A stretch of 64,000 nucleotides of DNA from assembly GCA_963790475.1 (NCBI GenBank), contig CAWBOS010000010.1, positions 1-64,000 of the forward strand. The letters run 5' to 3'. The notes below the pieces were generated by a model. It saw only the letters and a list, made by a program, of their open reading frames with translations. It had not been told where the DNA came from and searched no databases. Made by a program: the position numbers and the translations under genes. The stretch comes from an uncultured delta proteobacterium. GTDB lineage: Bacteria > Desulfobacterota > RBG-13-43-22. The first letter of the stretch is position 1. Each line of letters starts with the position of its first letter. This document shows, piece by piece, positions 9,860-20,181 of the stretch.

Positions 9860-10957
9860 ATGCCTTCTTTTCCCAAAATTCATCAACTGATGCAGTCCGG
9901 AGTCGAAGGAGGGGTTTTCCCGGGGGCGGTTCTATTGGCGGCCCGGGGAGATGAAATACTTTTTCACCGGGCTTATGGCCATGCCTCGTTAATCCCTGAA
10001 AAACAATTCCTGCATTTGGACACCATTTTTGATCTGGCTTCTTTAACCAAGCCCTTATCCACCACCCTGGGAATCATGATCCTTATGGAAAAAGGTCTTT
10101 TATCCCCGGACCAACCCTTGGAATTTTGGTCAGAAAGAAACCATTTTCCGGAACAAAAAAAAATTACCATTCGCCAACTTTTGGCACACTCGGCCGGATT
10201 CCCAGCTTACCAACCCTATTATTCCGATCTAATTCATCAATCGGGAAATAAAAAAGCGATACTCCGTGATTGGGTTATTAAGGAACCTTTATTGTATCCG
10301 CCAGGCAGCCAAACCGTCTATAGCGACCTGGGTTTCATCGTCCTGGAATGGATTTTTGAGGAAACGGCCGGTGAGGAGCTGGATACCTGGACTCGAAAAA
10401 ACATTTATCAGCCTCTGGGGCTTCCCTATTTAGGATTCAGGCCTATTACCCTTTTCGGTGTTTCCGACCCGGAAACCTATGCCGCAACCGAAGACTGTCC
10501 ATGGCGTAAAAAAATACTTCGGGGAGAAGTTCATGACGACAACGCCTATGCGGTCGGTGGGGTTTCCGGACAGGCCGGGCTGTTTGGAACAGCCTCTGAG
10601 ATCTATCGAATCTTGCGGTCCTTAAAAAGGGCCTACGACCGGCCCGATGCCCAAAACTTTTTTGACGGGAGCTTGGTTCGACTCTTTTGGGAAAAACAGA
10701 AGTGTCCCCAGGGAACTACCAGGGCCCTTGGCTTTGACACGCCAACAGAGAAGGAATCCAGTGCCGGAAGGTTCTTCTCTTCAAGAAGTGTAGGACACCT
10801 GGGATTTACCGGAACTTCATTTTGGCTGGATCTGGAAAAAGACCTTTTGGTCGTGTTACTAACTAACCGCATCCATCCTACCCGGGCCAATGAAAAAATT
10901 AAATTCTTCAGACCACTCATCCACGATCTCGTTTTCCAAGAAATAATCGCTCCATAA
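9860..10957 (+). CDS. serine hydrolase, beta-lactamase-related
   Basis: FDLASLTK (SxxK), YSDLGF, VHDDNA and GHLGFTGTS. Confidence 0.9.
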   Translation: MPSFPKIHQLMQSGVEGGVFPGAVLLAARGDEILFHRAYGHASLIPEKQFLHLDTIFDLASLTKPLSTTLGIMILMEKGLLSPDQPLEFWSERNHFPEQKKITIRQLLAHSAGFPAYQPYYSDLIHQSGNKKAILRDWVIKEPLLYPPGSQTVYSDLGFIVLEWIFEETAGEELDTWTRKNIYQPLGLPYLGFRPITLFGVSDPETYAATEDCPWRKKILRGEVHDDNAYAVGGVSGQAGLFGTASEIYRILRSLKRAYDRPDAQNFFDGSLVRLFWEKQKCPQGTTRALGFDTPTEKESSAGRFFSSRSVGHLGFTGTSFWLDLEKDLLVVLLTNRIHPTRANEKIKFFRPLIHDLVFQEIIAP

Positions 10958-11156
10958 AAAGGCATCCAATAGATTGCTCCGGAAAATTCCGGATTGGGTC
11001 GGGGGCCGGTGCCGGGGCCTGGATTCCGGCCTTTCCGGAATGAAGAAAAAATATTTTCAAATTCCAAGGAGAACATCAAGGGACCTTCCGGAAACGTTTT
11101 GACTTTATCTCTCATTTTGGTTAGAGTGGGCTTTGTTATTTTTTGAGGCTATCGAA

Positions 11157-11298
11157 GAGACCATTGAAAAACATCCCCTTTTGTCCAATCTCTACGTCAG
11201 ACTCAAATTTTAATCCTCGAAATACTAAATGTATTCCTGCGGTTAAAATTTTTGTCTTCCTTGACCTTGAACAAAATTGAATATTTTTCAAAGCTCTC
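11157..11298. repeat. MITE-like element, family B
   Basis: terminal inverted repeats GAGACCATTGAAAAA / TTTTTCAAAGCTCTC; right end recurs at 22636-22688. Confidence 0.7.
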
Positions 11299-11327
11299 CG
11301 AAGGTCGTTGTTGGTTAAAGGATTAAT

Positions 11328-12422
11328 ATGATTCCTATAATGGAACCCTGGATCGATCATCAGGAGATCGACCTGGTCATGGATTGTTTAAAAAGCGGCT
11401 GGATTTCCTCCCAGGGAAAATATATCGCCCAATTTGAGGAAGCCTTTTCCGGCTTTTGCGGCACCCGATTTGGTGTGGCCACTTCTAATGGAACCACGGC
11501 CCTGCATCTGGCTTTGCTAACCCTGGGCATCGGCCCCGGTGATGAAGTGATCGTCCCGGCTTTAAGCTTTATTGCCACCGCCAATGTGGTGGTTTATACC
11601 GGAGCCAGGCCTGTTTTTACCGATGTGGATGAAAAGACCTGGAACATAAATCCCTCTTTGCTGAGGTCTGTGATTACCGACCGGACCAAGGCCATTATCC
11701 CGGTCCATCTCTATGGACACCCGGCTGATATGGATCCGATTTTGAAACTGGCTGAGGAATACCATTTATGGGTCATTGAGGATGCGGCCGAGGCCCACGG
11801 GGCTGAATATAAAGGGAAAAAAGTAGGTTCGCTGGGCCACATGGGATGTTTCAGTTTTTATGGAAATAAAATCATCTCCACCGGTGAAGGCGGGATGATC
11901 GTTACCGATAACCCGGAGTGGGTGGAAAAAGCCCGAATTCTTCGTGACCATGGGATGTCCAAAGAAAAAAAATATTGGCATCCGGTCCTGGGGTATAATT
12001 TTCGAATGACCAATATTCAAGCCGCAATCGGTTTGGGGCAAATGACAAAACTGAAGCGATTGATTGAAATAAAGAGAGAAATAGCCGAGCGTTACACTCT
12101 GGGCCTTAAAAAAAATACCGGTCTCGTTCTGCCGGCTGAAGCGGAATGGGCCAAGTCAGTCTCCTGGCTTTATAGTATTTTGTTAAAACAGGAAACGCAA
12201 AAAAATCGAGATGATCTGATCACCTTTCTTGCCCAAGCCCAGGTGGAAAGCCGTCCTGTTTTTTACCCTATGCCCTGCATGCCTCCCTACCGGGGGTGCG
12301 GGACTTACCCTGTAGCTTCTCAGATTTCAAAAGGGGGGATTTCTCTTCCCTCGGGTTATAATCTGACCGGCCCGGAACAGGACCAGGTCATAGAATTGAT
12401 CCAAAAGTTTCTGTATAGATAA
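11328..12422 (+). CDS. DegT/DnrJ/EryC1/StrS aminotransferase (perosamine synthetase-like)
   Basis: GTTALHLA, IEDAAEAHG, SFYGNKIISTGEGG and GYNFRMTN. Confidence 0.92.
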   Translation: MIPIMEPWIDHQEIDLVMDCLKSGWISSQGKYIAQFEEAFSGFCGTRFGVATSNGTTALHLALLTLGIGPGDEVIVPALSFIATANVVVYTGARPVFTDVDEKTWNINPSLLRSVITDRTKAIIPVHLYGHPADMDPILKLAEEYHLWVIEDAAEAHGAEYKGKKVGSLGHMGCFSFYGNKIISTGEGGMIVTDNPEWVEKARILRDHGMSKEKKYWHPVLGYNFRMTNIQAAIGLGQMTKLKRLIEIKREIAERYTLGLKKNTGLVLPAEAEWAKSVSWLYSILLKQETQKNRDDLITFLAQAQVESRPVFYPMPCMPPYRGCGTYPVASQISKGGISLPSGYNLTGPEQDQVIELIQKFLYR

Positions 12423-12434
12423 AGGAAGCGGACC

Positions 12435-13136
12435 ATCGAACTTTCTGTTGTTTTGCCGACCTATAATGAAAAAGAAAACATTGGAGACTTGATTCAAACG
12501 ATTTTGGATGTTTTATCCCCCTTGCCGATCAAAGCCCAAATTATTGTGGTGGATGATAACAGCCCCGATGGAACGGCAGAAGTGGTCCGGAAAAGATTTT
12601 CTTCGCAACCGGATGTCCTTCTAATCGTAAGAAAAGAAGAACGGGGTTTGGCTACAGCCGTAGCCAAGGGGATAGAACAGTCCCGAGCCGATATCATCGC
12701 TGTGATGGATACGGATTTCAACCACCAGCCTAAAGACCTTACCAAGCTCCTGGAACAAATCCCGGAAGCGGATATGGTTATCGGCTCCCGCTACATTTCC
12801 GGGGGAGGAATGAAGACCTCCCGCATACGTTACCTGGGAAGCTGGGTATTTAATATTTTTATTCGTCTGGTTTTGGGATCCCCGGTAAAAGATAACCTGA
12901 GCGGCTTCTTAGTCCTGAAAAGAAAGGTGGTTAGCCGGCTGAATAACCCCACGATTTTTTACGGCTATGGCGATTACTGCATTCGCCTGATCCATTTTGC
13001 CCGCAAAGCCGGCTTTGTCATCCGGGAGGTTCCGGTGATCTATGAGTTCCGCAAGGGCGGTGAAAGCAAGACGGACTTTGTTAAGTATGTGGTGAGTTAC
13101 GCCAAGGCCACCCTGGCCTTGCGGTTTGGAAACTGA
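12435..13136 (+). CDS. GT2 polyprenyl-phosphate glycosyltransferase (DPM1-like)
   Basis: LSVVLPTYNE, VDDNSPDGT, MDTDFNH and VIGSRY; start uncertain (ATC 12435 or TTG 12453). Confidence 0.85.
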   Translation: MELSVVLPTYNEKENIGDLIQTILDVLSPLPIKAQIIVVDDNSPDGTAEVVRKRFSSQPDVLLIVRKEERGLATAVAKGIEQSRADIIAVMDTDFNHQPKDLTKLLEQIPEADMVIGSRYISGGGMKTSRIRYLGSWVFNIFIRLVLGSPVKDNLSGFLVLKRKVVSRLNNPTIFYGYGDYCIRLIHFARKAGFVIREVPVIYEFRKGGESKTDFVKYVVSYAKATLALRFGN

Positions 13137-13191
13137 AAATGTTCAGTATTAAAACTGGGTGATTTAATTAAAAGAGAGGACAGACTATCTC

Positions 13192-14253
13192 ATGGCGAAA
13201 ACGGTTAATAAACGAGCCTTAATTACCGGGATAACCGGACAGGATGGGGCCTATTTAGCCCGGTTCTTGTTGGGAAAAGGGTATCAGGTTTTCGGGACCT
13301 TCCGCAGACTCTCCACTCCCAATTTCTGGCGGATTCAGTATCTGGATATTTTTGAAAAAATCAACTTGATTCCGGTGGAATTGATTGATACGGCCTCCCT
13401 AACCGAAGCAATTATAAGTTCAAAGCCTGATGAAGTTTATAATCTGGCTGCTCAAAGTTTTGTCGGCGCCTCCTTCGAAGAACCCATAGGGACGGCCAAT
13501 GTCTCGGGTTTGGCCGTGCCTCGCATCCTGGAGGTGATCCGGCAGGTGAATCCCAAGATCAAATTTTATCAGGCCTCCACCAGTGAACTCTATGGAAATC
13601 ACGGGCAGAAGCTGCTCAATGAAACCTCTCCCTTTTGTCCGGCCAGCCCTTATGCCGCTGCCAAAATATACGGCTACTGGATCACCAAGATTTATCGGGA
13701 AGGGTATGGGATTTTTGCCGTCAACGGTATTTTATTCAATCATGAATCCCCGTTGCGGGGTCTGGAGTTTGTGACGCGAAAGATCACCAATACGGTGGCC
13801 AAGATTGCTATAGGGCTGGAAAAAGAGCTGCATCTGGGAAACCTGTCGGCCAAAAGGGATTGGGGGTATGCCCGGGATTATGTCCAATCCATGTGGATGA
13901 TGCTGCAACATTCCAAACCCGATGATTATGTGATAGCCACCAATGAATCTCATTCGGTGGAAGAATTTGTCCAAGAGGCCTTTGATGTGGTCGGCCTCAA
14001 TTGGAAAAAATATGTCAAAAAAGATAAACGCTTTTTGCGGCCGATCGATGTTAGTCTGCTGCATGGAGATTATTCCAAGGCTCGAAAACAATTAGGATGG
14101 AAACCGGAAGTGCGTTTTAAAGCCTTGGTCCGGATTATGGTGGAAGAAGACCTGCGGCGCTGGCAGCGATGGCAAAAAGGGGAAATTTTCCCCTGGGACG
14201 CCCTCAATTATCCCAATGAGATGAATTTGTTGACCCGGGCCATGAGGATGTAA
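13192..14253 (+). CDS. gmd: GDP-mannose 4,6-dehydratase
   Basis: ITGITGQDGAYL, YQASTSELYG, SPYAAAK, LFNHESPLRG and KRDWGYA. Confidence 0.95.
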   Translation: MAKTVNKRALITGITGQDGAYLARFLLGKGYQVFGTFRRLSTPNFWRIQYLDIFEKINLIPVELIDTASLTEAIISSKPDEVYNLAAQSFVGASFEEPIGTANVSGLAVPRILEVIRQVNPKIKFYQASTSELYGNHGQKLLNETSPFCPASPYAAAKIYGYWITKIYREGYGIFAVNGILFNHESPLRGLEFVTRKITNTVAKIAIGLEKELHLGNLSAKRDWGYARDYVQSMWMMLQHSKPDDYVIATNESHSVEEFVQEAFDVVGLNWKKYVKKDKRFLRPIDVSLLHGDYSKARKQLGWKPEVRFKALVRIMVEEDLRRWQRWQKGEIFPWDALNYPNEMNLLTRAMRM

Positions 14254-14261
14254 GCGCTGTC

Positions 14262-14966
14262 ATGATCAGGGTGTCGGTAGTCCTTCCAACGTTCAACGAG
14301 GCTGGGAATATCGGCTTCATGATCGATGCCCTCTTGGCCAGACTGCCAGGACCCAGTGAAATCATAGTGGTCGATGATGATTCTCCGGACTTGACCTGGC
14401 AGGTGGTAGAGGAACTCCGAAAAACGGATCCCAGGATCCTTTTGATCCGCAGGATAGGCCGGCGGGGTCTGACCTCAGCCCTGCAAGAGGGGATAGAGGC
14501 CGCGGAAGGAACCTATGTCTTTTGGATGGATTGCGATTTATCCCAACCTCCGGAAAAAATTTCAGAGCTCCTTGAGGCCCTGAAAGATCATGATATTGTG
14601 GTCGCTTCGAGGTATGTTCCGGGGGGGGAAGAAAAAGGACATTCACCGCTGGGTTCTTTCTTAAGCAAGATGATCTGCCGTTTTGCTTCCCTGGTGCTCT
14701 CCTCGGCTATTAAAGACTATACCAGCGGGTATGTCGGTGCCCGAAAAGAAATCTTAAAATCCATTCCTCTGGAAGGGGATTACGGAGAATACTGTATTGG
14801 GTTTTTATACCGGGCTCTTCGGAAAGGATACCGAATCCTGGAAATACCCTATACCTGCCGGCCCCGGCATTCCGGGGAATCCAAGACGGCAACCCATTTG
14901 AGCGGATATCTCAAACGAGGCAAAAAATACCTCCTGACCATATTGAAGCTTCGTTTTCAAGGATAA
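14262..14966 (+). CDS. GT2 polyprenyl-phosphate glycosyltransferase (DPM1-like)
   Basis: SVVLPTFNE, VDDDSPD, WMDCDLSQPP and GESK. Confidence 0.88.
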   Translation: MIRVSVVLPTFNEAGNIGFMIDALLARLPGPSEIIVVDDDSPDLTWQVVEELRKTDPRILLIRRIGRRGLTSALQEGIEAAEGTYVFWMDCDLSQPPEKISELLEALKDHDIVVASRYVPGGEEKGHSPLGSFLSKMICRFASLVLSSAIKDYTSGYVGARKEILKSIPLEGDYGEYCIGFLYRALRKGYRILEIPYTCRPRHSGESKTATHLSGYLKRGKKYLLTILKLRFQG

Positions 14967-14987
14967 CCAGCCGGAGAGAAAAAAGCC

Positions 14988-15389
14988 ATGGAAACCGTTG
15001 AACGGATCGAGGGAGAAGGCAAGCCTATAGCCGTTATTGTCCGGAATGATTTTAATCGGCCGGGCGTCAACTTTTTCAGCCCCTATGATTTTTCACAACA
15101 GCTCGGGATCTTAGTTCACCCACTCGGGCATGAGGTGAAACCCCATGTTCATAATCTCATTGCCAGAGATGTTCGAGTGACCCAAGAGGTCCTTCATCTA
15201 ATCGAAGGGAAGATTGAGATAACCCTGTATAAAGAGAACAAAGAATTGATCACTACCCGGATTTTAAGTCGGGGGGATACTATTTTGCTGGCTTATGGCG
15301 GCCATGGGATTAAGATTTTGGAACCCAGCAAGATCCTGGAAGTCAAACAAGGGCCTTATGCCGGAATAGAAGACAAGGAGTTTTTTTGA
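14988..15389 (+). CDS. cupin-fold protein of sugar-nucleotide clusters
   Basis: PHVH..TQEVL..GGHG..EVKQGPY pattern. Confidence 0.65.
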   Translation: METVERIEGEGKPIAVIVRNDFNRPGVNFFSPYDFSQQLGILVHPLGHEVKPHVHNLIARDVRVTQEVLHLIEGKIEITLYKENKELITTRILSRGDTILLAYGGHGIKILEPSKILEVKQGPYAGIEDKEFF

Positions 15390-15392
15390 AAA

Positions 15393-16517
15393 ATGATACC
15401 GGTCAATGAGCCCTTGTTGGGGAAGGAAGAGTTTGATAAGGTCGCTGCCTGTCTGAAAACAAATTGGATTTCATCTCAGGGGAAATATCTAAACGAATTT
15501 GAAGAAAAATTTGCTCATTATTGCGGCCTCAACTACGGGATCAGTACCACCAGCGGGACCACGGCCCTTCATCTGGCTTTGGCGGCCCTAGGGGTCGGTC
15601 CCGGAGATGAGGTCTTGATTCCTACCTTTACTATGGCGGCCACAGCCTTTGCCGTCTGTTATTGCGGAGCGACACCGGTATTGATTGATTCAGAACCAGA
15701 AACCTATAATATCGATCTGGCGCGGGTCTCCTCCTACCTAAAGGCCCAGGGAAAAAGAGCCAAGGTCAAGGTCATCCTGCCGGTTCACATGTATGGCCAC
15801 CCGGTGGATATGGATCCCCTGCTGGAATTGGCCGACCGATTTTCCATAACCGTCATTGAAGATGCGGCCGAAGCCCACGGAGCGGAATATAAAGGGAAGA
15901 AGTGCGGCAGTTTCGGAGCATTCGGTTGTTTCAGCTTTTACGCCAACAAAATTATTACTACCGGTGAAGGGGGAATGGTGGTTACCAATGACTCCCGATT
16001 GGCCGATATGGCCAGGCGGTTAAAAGATCTAGCCCATTCCCCGGGAAAAAGATTTCTCCATACCGATTTAGGCTTTAATTATCGAATGACCAATTTGCAG
16101 GCGGCTTTAGGGGTGGCCCAACTGAAAAAAATAAATAAGCATATCAAAAAAAAACGCTGGATGGCCGGGGAATATGAAAAGGGTCTTAAGGATATTTCCG
16201 GGCTGAGGCTACCTATAGAAAAGTCCTGGGCTAAAAGTGTTTATTGGATGTACGGGATTTTAGTGGAAAAGGAGTTTGGCTTGTCCAGGGATCAACTGAT
16301 GGGTCAATTAAAAAAACAGGGGATAGATACCCGTTCCTTTTTCGTCCCCATGCACCTCCAGCCGGTTTTTAGCGGGAGGGCCGGCAAGGCCAAGAAATTC
16401 GGCCCCTATCCCGTGGCCGAGAAACTGTCAGAGCAGGGGTTTTATCTGCCTTCCGGATTGACTATTTCCCCGGAGCAAATCCAATATATATGCCTGCAGA
16501 TAAGAAAATTAGTATGA
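15393..16517 (+). CDS. DegT/DnrJ/EryC1/StrS aminotransferase (second copy)
   Basis: GTTALHLA, IEDAAEAHG, SFYANKIITTGEGG and GFNYRMTN. Confidence 0.92.
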   Translation: MIPVNEPLLGKEEFDKVAACLKTNWISSQGKYLNEFEEKFAHYCGLNYGISTTSGTTALHLALAALGVGPGDEVLIPTFTMAATAFAVCYCGATPVLIDSEPETYNIDLARVSSYLKAQGKRAKVKVILPVHMYGHPVDMDPLLELADRFSITVIEDAAEAHGAEYKGKKCGSFGAFGCFSFYANKIITTGEGGMVVTNDSRLADMARRLKDLAHSPGKRFLHTDLGFNYRMTNLQAALGVAQLKKINKHIKKKRWMAGEYEKGLKDISGLRLPIEKSWAKSVYWMYGILVEKEFGLSRDQLMGQLKKQGIDTRSFFVPMHLQPVFSGRAGKAKKFGPYPVAEKLSEQGFYLPSGLTISPEQIQYICLQIRKLV

Positions 16518-17518
16518 ATAAATATGGGTATTGGATTGGATTTTTCCTAAGCCTTATTTTTCTGGTCATATTTTTTAGAAAAATCGATCTGGCCGCCATT
16601 TGGAATAGTTTTCAAAATGTCGAATATCTTTACGTCATCCCTTTAATTATCATCAATATTTTCAGTTTCTGGGTCCGGGCCAAACGATGGCAATACCTAT
16701 TGGCTCCGATTAAAAAGATTAAAATAAGCCCCCTTTTTCATGCCACGACCATAGGATTTATGGCCAATAATATCCTCCCGGCGAGGGTTGGGGAATTGGT
16801 TCGGGCCTATGTGTTGGGCAGTAAGGAAAAGATCAGCAAGACCGCTTCCTTTGCTACCATAGTCGTCGAGAGACTGTTTGATGGATTTACCATTTTGTTG
16901 CTATTTTTAGTGGTCATTTTATTGATGCCCTTCCCGCCGGATCGTTCCCGAGTTTTTACCCAGAATCATATCAAGATGGCGGGCTTTCTTTCTTTTTTTC
17001 TGTATCTGATCATCCTGGGATTGCTCCTGGCTTTACGTTTTCATAATGAGAAAGCCAACCAGTTGATAGGGTTTTTCCTGAAGCCCCTCCCTCAAAGACT
17101 GAGCGATAAGATCAACAAAGCCATTGAGTCCTTTGTCTTGGGGCTTGGGATATTGCATAGGACCAGGGATATTGGGGTCATCATCGTTTATTCTTTATTT
17201 CTTTGGGTGATTTTCGGCCTGTCCCATTACTTGCTTTTTATGGCCTTTCACCTTAATCTCCCCGTTCTGGCCGCCTTTTTCGTGCTAGTGGCCTTGACTT
17301 TTGGGGTAAGCATCCCCTCGGCTCCGGGCTACATCGGTACCTTTCATTGGGCTTGTGCGGCGGCCTTGATTTTTTTGGGCGTAGAGGCCAATCTGGCCAA
17401 AAGTTTTTCTCTTTTGCTGTGGTTTGTCGGTTTTATCCCCACTATTTTATTGGGTCTTTTTTCTCTGGGGAAGGAAGGGATGTCTTTAAGGCAGCTAAGA
17501 GAGACCGAGAAGGGATAA
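16514..17518 (+). CDS. lysylphosphatidylglycerol synthase TM domain / flippase-like membrane protein (UPF0104)
   Basis: NNILPARVGELVR, VVERLFD and PSAPGYIG; multiple TM helices; ATGA overlap with upstream stop. Confidence 0.85.
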   Translation: MNKYGYWIGFFLSLIFLVIFFRKIDLAAIWNSFQNVEYLYVIPLIIINIFSFWVRAKRWQYLLAPIKKIKISPLFHATTIGFMANNILPARVGELVRAYVLGSKEKISKTASFATIVVERLFDGFTILLLFLVVILLMPFPPDRSRVFTQNHIKMAGFLSFFLYLIILGLLLALRFHNEKANQLIGFFLKPLPQRLSDKINKAIESFVLGLGILHRTRDIGVIIVYSLFLWVIFGLSHYLLFMAFHLNLPVLAAFFVLVALTFGVSIPSAPGYIGTFHWACAAALIFLGVEANLAKSFSLLLWFVGFIPTILLGLFSLGKEGMSLRQLRETEKG

Positions 17519-17521
17519 ATC

Positions 17522-18256
17522 ATGCCACTCCCGGTTGGAGATATTTCGGCGGCCCTGGCCTACCAGGTCAAGAAAGAGATTGCCGAAAACTATTTCGGGT
17601 CGCGTAAGGCCCTGGAAGAGGAGCGGGCTGACCTTATCCGGCAAGAAGGATTTTTAAAAAAGGCCTGGGAGCAAGAGGTCTTATCGATCTTGACCAGGAT
17701 TTATCTGCTTTTTATCCGGGAAGAGGAAGGTCGGGCTTTTTTGGATCTGATAAAAAGAGAGGATTTGGTAGAATCGATTAAGCAGGGTCTGAAGAATCAG
17801 GGAATCAATTTTCCGCTGTCTTGTCCTTTGCCTTTTACCTTGACGGCTAAAGGGAAGTATAAAAAGCTCATTATTGTCTTATATGAACTGGCGAGAGCCA
17901 ATGGGGAGGCCCTTTGGAGCGAATTCCAGAGGCTGCGAAAAAAAGTGAGTCTGTTCAATGAGGACCTGACCAATTTTACTTCCTGTTACAATCTGTCAGA
18001 TATCCTATCTTTAATCCATTCCTTTGAAAACAGAGACGACTTGAAAGGGGTTTTGGGGGAAAACACCGACTCCCGCGCCGTTCCCTTATTAGAGGAAAAA
18101 TTGATGTTGAGACCGCTTGAGTTTGGCCATGAGGGAAAGTCCTTGCTTCGGCCTTTGCCCCCCATCAAGGAAATTAAAAAACCCTTGAAGCTCCTAATCG
18201 ATTTGACCTTTCACGGCCATTGTCCGGAAATAAAGAAGATGCTGGGCTCGTATTAA
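17522..18256 (+). CDS. hypothetical helical protein
   Basis: 244 aa ORF starting 3 nt after the upstream stop; no recognised motif. Confidence 0.7.
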   Translation: MPLPVGDISAALAYQVKKEIAENYFGSRKALEEERADLIRQEGFLKKAWEQEVLSILTRIYLLFIREEEGRAFLDLIKREDLVESIKQGLKNQGINFPLSCPLPFTLTAKGKYKKLIIVLYELARANGEALWSEFQRLRKKVSLFNEDLTNFTSCYNLSDILSLIHSFENRDDLKGVLGENTDSRAVPLLEEKLMLRPLEFGHEGKSLLRPLPPIKEIKKPLKLLIDLTFHGHCPEIKKMLGSY

Positions 18257-18376
18257 TTTATTAAGTCTTATAGGTGCGCTTGCGGCGGGCGCTGCAAAAG
18301 TTGAAAATTAATTTCGGCGATCGTCTAACGAATAATGCCGAATGGCATTTTCATTGTATTCGAAGGAGTCTTTCTT

Positions 18377-19102
18377 ATGAGTCCCCTGGCGGACACCGTT
18401 AAAAACCCGGATCGAATCATTGCCTTCCTCGAGGCCTTCCGAAAGGCCTTGATCCAAGTGGCAGTGGTCGTCCTGGTCTTTGCCATTGCCGGATACGCCT
18501 TTGCCAAAACGACCCTGAATTTTTTACAGAAACATACCGGGGTTACCCTGGCTTATTACGGACTTTCGGAAACGTTCTTTTCTCTGCTCAACATCGCCTT
18601 GTTTTCGTCTCTGTTTATTACCATGCCTTTTTTGTTGTTCAAGATCCTGGCCGCCCTGCGGGCCGTCTTCCCCTCTTTCTCCCGTAAAATCATGATCGGC
18701 TTCTGGATCGGGGCGATCTTCCTGTTCTACCTGGGGGCTGGCTTCTGTCTTTTTGTCACCCTGCCCTATGGCGTGAAATTTCTCTTGAGCTACCAAAGCA
18801 GTCACATTGAGGCCATTATTTCCGTAAAGAAATTTGTTTCTTTTTGCCTCTTGTTCACTTTCGCCTTCGGAATTATCTTTGAACTCCCTCTGACCATGAT
18901 TCTTTTGGGCCGGATTGGTCTGGTGACGGTGAGTTTTCTGACCAAGTATCGAGCTTACGCCGTTTTAATCATTGCCGTCTTGGCGGCGGTTCTGACCCCT
19001 ACGCCGGATGCCTTCAATATGATGCTGATGGCCGTTCCTCTTTATTTACTCTTCGAGATCGGGGTCATTGGGGTACGTATCTGGGGCAAGAACAAGCCCT
19101 AG
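18377..19102 (+). CDS. tatC: twin-arginine translocase subunit TatC
   Basis: FGIIFELP, AAVLTPTPD and AVPLYLLFE; TM helices; AAGGAG RBS. Confidence 0.92.
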   Translation: MSPLADTVKNPDRIIAFLEAFRKALIQVAVVVLVFAIAGYAFAKTTLNFLQKHTGVTLAYYGLSETFFSLLNIALFSSLFITMPFLLFKILAALRAVFPSFSRKIMIGFWIGAIFLFYLGAGFCLFVTLPYGVKFLLSYQSSHIEAIISVKKFVSFCLLFTFAFGIIFELPLTMILLGRIGLVTVSFLTKYRAYAVLIIAVLAAVLTPTPDAFNMMLMAVPLYLLFEIGVIGVRIWGKNKP

Positions 19103-19202
19103 GCCACCATCAACGGTGAGAGGGAATTGTTATTGATTTTTTTGCAGTTTAAAATAAGATGTAAACTATCTCCCCAGTCAATTTTTCCTAAAAGGAGAAG
19201 CC

Positions 19203-19982
19203 ATGAAAATAGCCATCAGCGGAAAAGGGGGGGTGGGCAAAACCACCCTAGCGGCCTTTATTATCAAGGCCTTCAGCGATCGGGGACATAAAGTACTGGC
19301 CATTGACGCCGATCCGGACGCCAATCTGGCCGGCGCTTTGGGTTTTGAGCACCCGGAAACGATTACCCCCATTTCGGAAATGAAGGACCTTATCGGAGAG
19401 CGGACCGATTCCCAGCCGGGCAGCTTCGGGACTTTTTTCAAATTGAATCCTCAGGTCAGCGACCTGCCGGAAAAGCTTTCCCTCAAAAAAGACAATATTC
19501 GTCTGATGGTTATGGGGGGTGTAAAAAAAGGGGGTGGGGGCTGCATCTGTCCGGAAAGCGTCCTGTTAAAAACATTGATCACCCATCTGATCCTGGCTAG
19601 AGATGAGGTTGTGGTCCTGGATATGGAAGCCGGTATTGAACATTTAGGCCGAGGAACGGCTTCTGCAGTGGATAAGCTGATTGTCGTCGTCGAACCGGGA
19701 AAGCGAAGTATCGAAACCGCCCACCATATCCAAAATTTGGCTCGGGATATCGGATTAAAAAATATCGCCCTGGTGGGAAATAAAATCAGAGGGGATCAGG
19801 ATATCGCCTTTCTCCAAAAGCAACTATCCGGTTTTTCCTTCTTGGGTTTTCTGCCTTACGATAATCAGATTATCGAGGCCGATTTGGAAGGAAAAGCCCC
19901 TTTTGAGAAGGAACAGGGCTTGGCCGGGCAGGTGGGAAGAATGGTGGAAACGTTGATCAGCGAGAAAGGGGCCAGTGCCTGA
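19203..19982 (+). CDS. cooC: CooC-type nickel-insertion ATPase
   Basis: GKGGVGKTT, DADPDANL, GGGCICPE and DMEAGIEHLGRG. Confidence 0.9.
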   Translation: MKIAISGKGGVGKTTLAAFIIKAFSDRGHKVLAIDADPDANLAGALGFEHPETITPISEMKDLIGERTDSQPGSFGTFFKLNPQVSDLPEKLSLKKDNIRLMVMGGVKKGGGGCICPESVLLKTLITHLILARDEVVVLDMEAGIEHLGRGTASAVDKLIVVVEPGKRSIETAHHIQNLARDIGLKNIALVGNKIRGDQDIAFLQKQLSGFSFLGFLPYDNQIIEADLEGKAPFEKEQGLAGQVGRMVETLISEKGASA

Positions 19983-20001
19983 TAGAGGAATTTCAGTGAG
20001 G

Positions 20002-20033
20002 AGGCCCTGAACCCACAGGGCCTTTTCTTTTTT
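20002..20033 (+). terminator. rho-independent terminator
   Basis: AGGCCCTG-aaccca-CAGGGCCT followed by a T-rich tract. Confidence 0.75.
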
Positions 20034-20181
20034 AACTGAACCCGTGATAAAAACCAAGACTTAAATTCCCTTGACATTCCAATCTAAACCGATTAAATTC
20101 CCTCCAATTTGAACCCAGTACCACGAACCCATCCCCAGACTTTTGGGGTTGATAGGATTCAATGGCTCAAGGAAAACCCTG

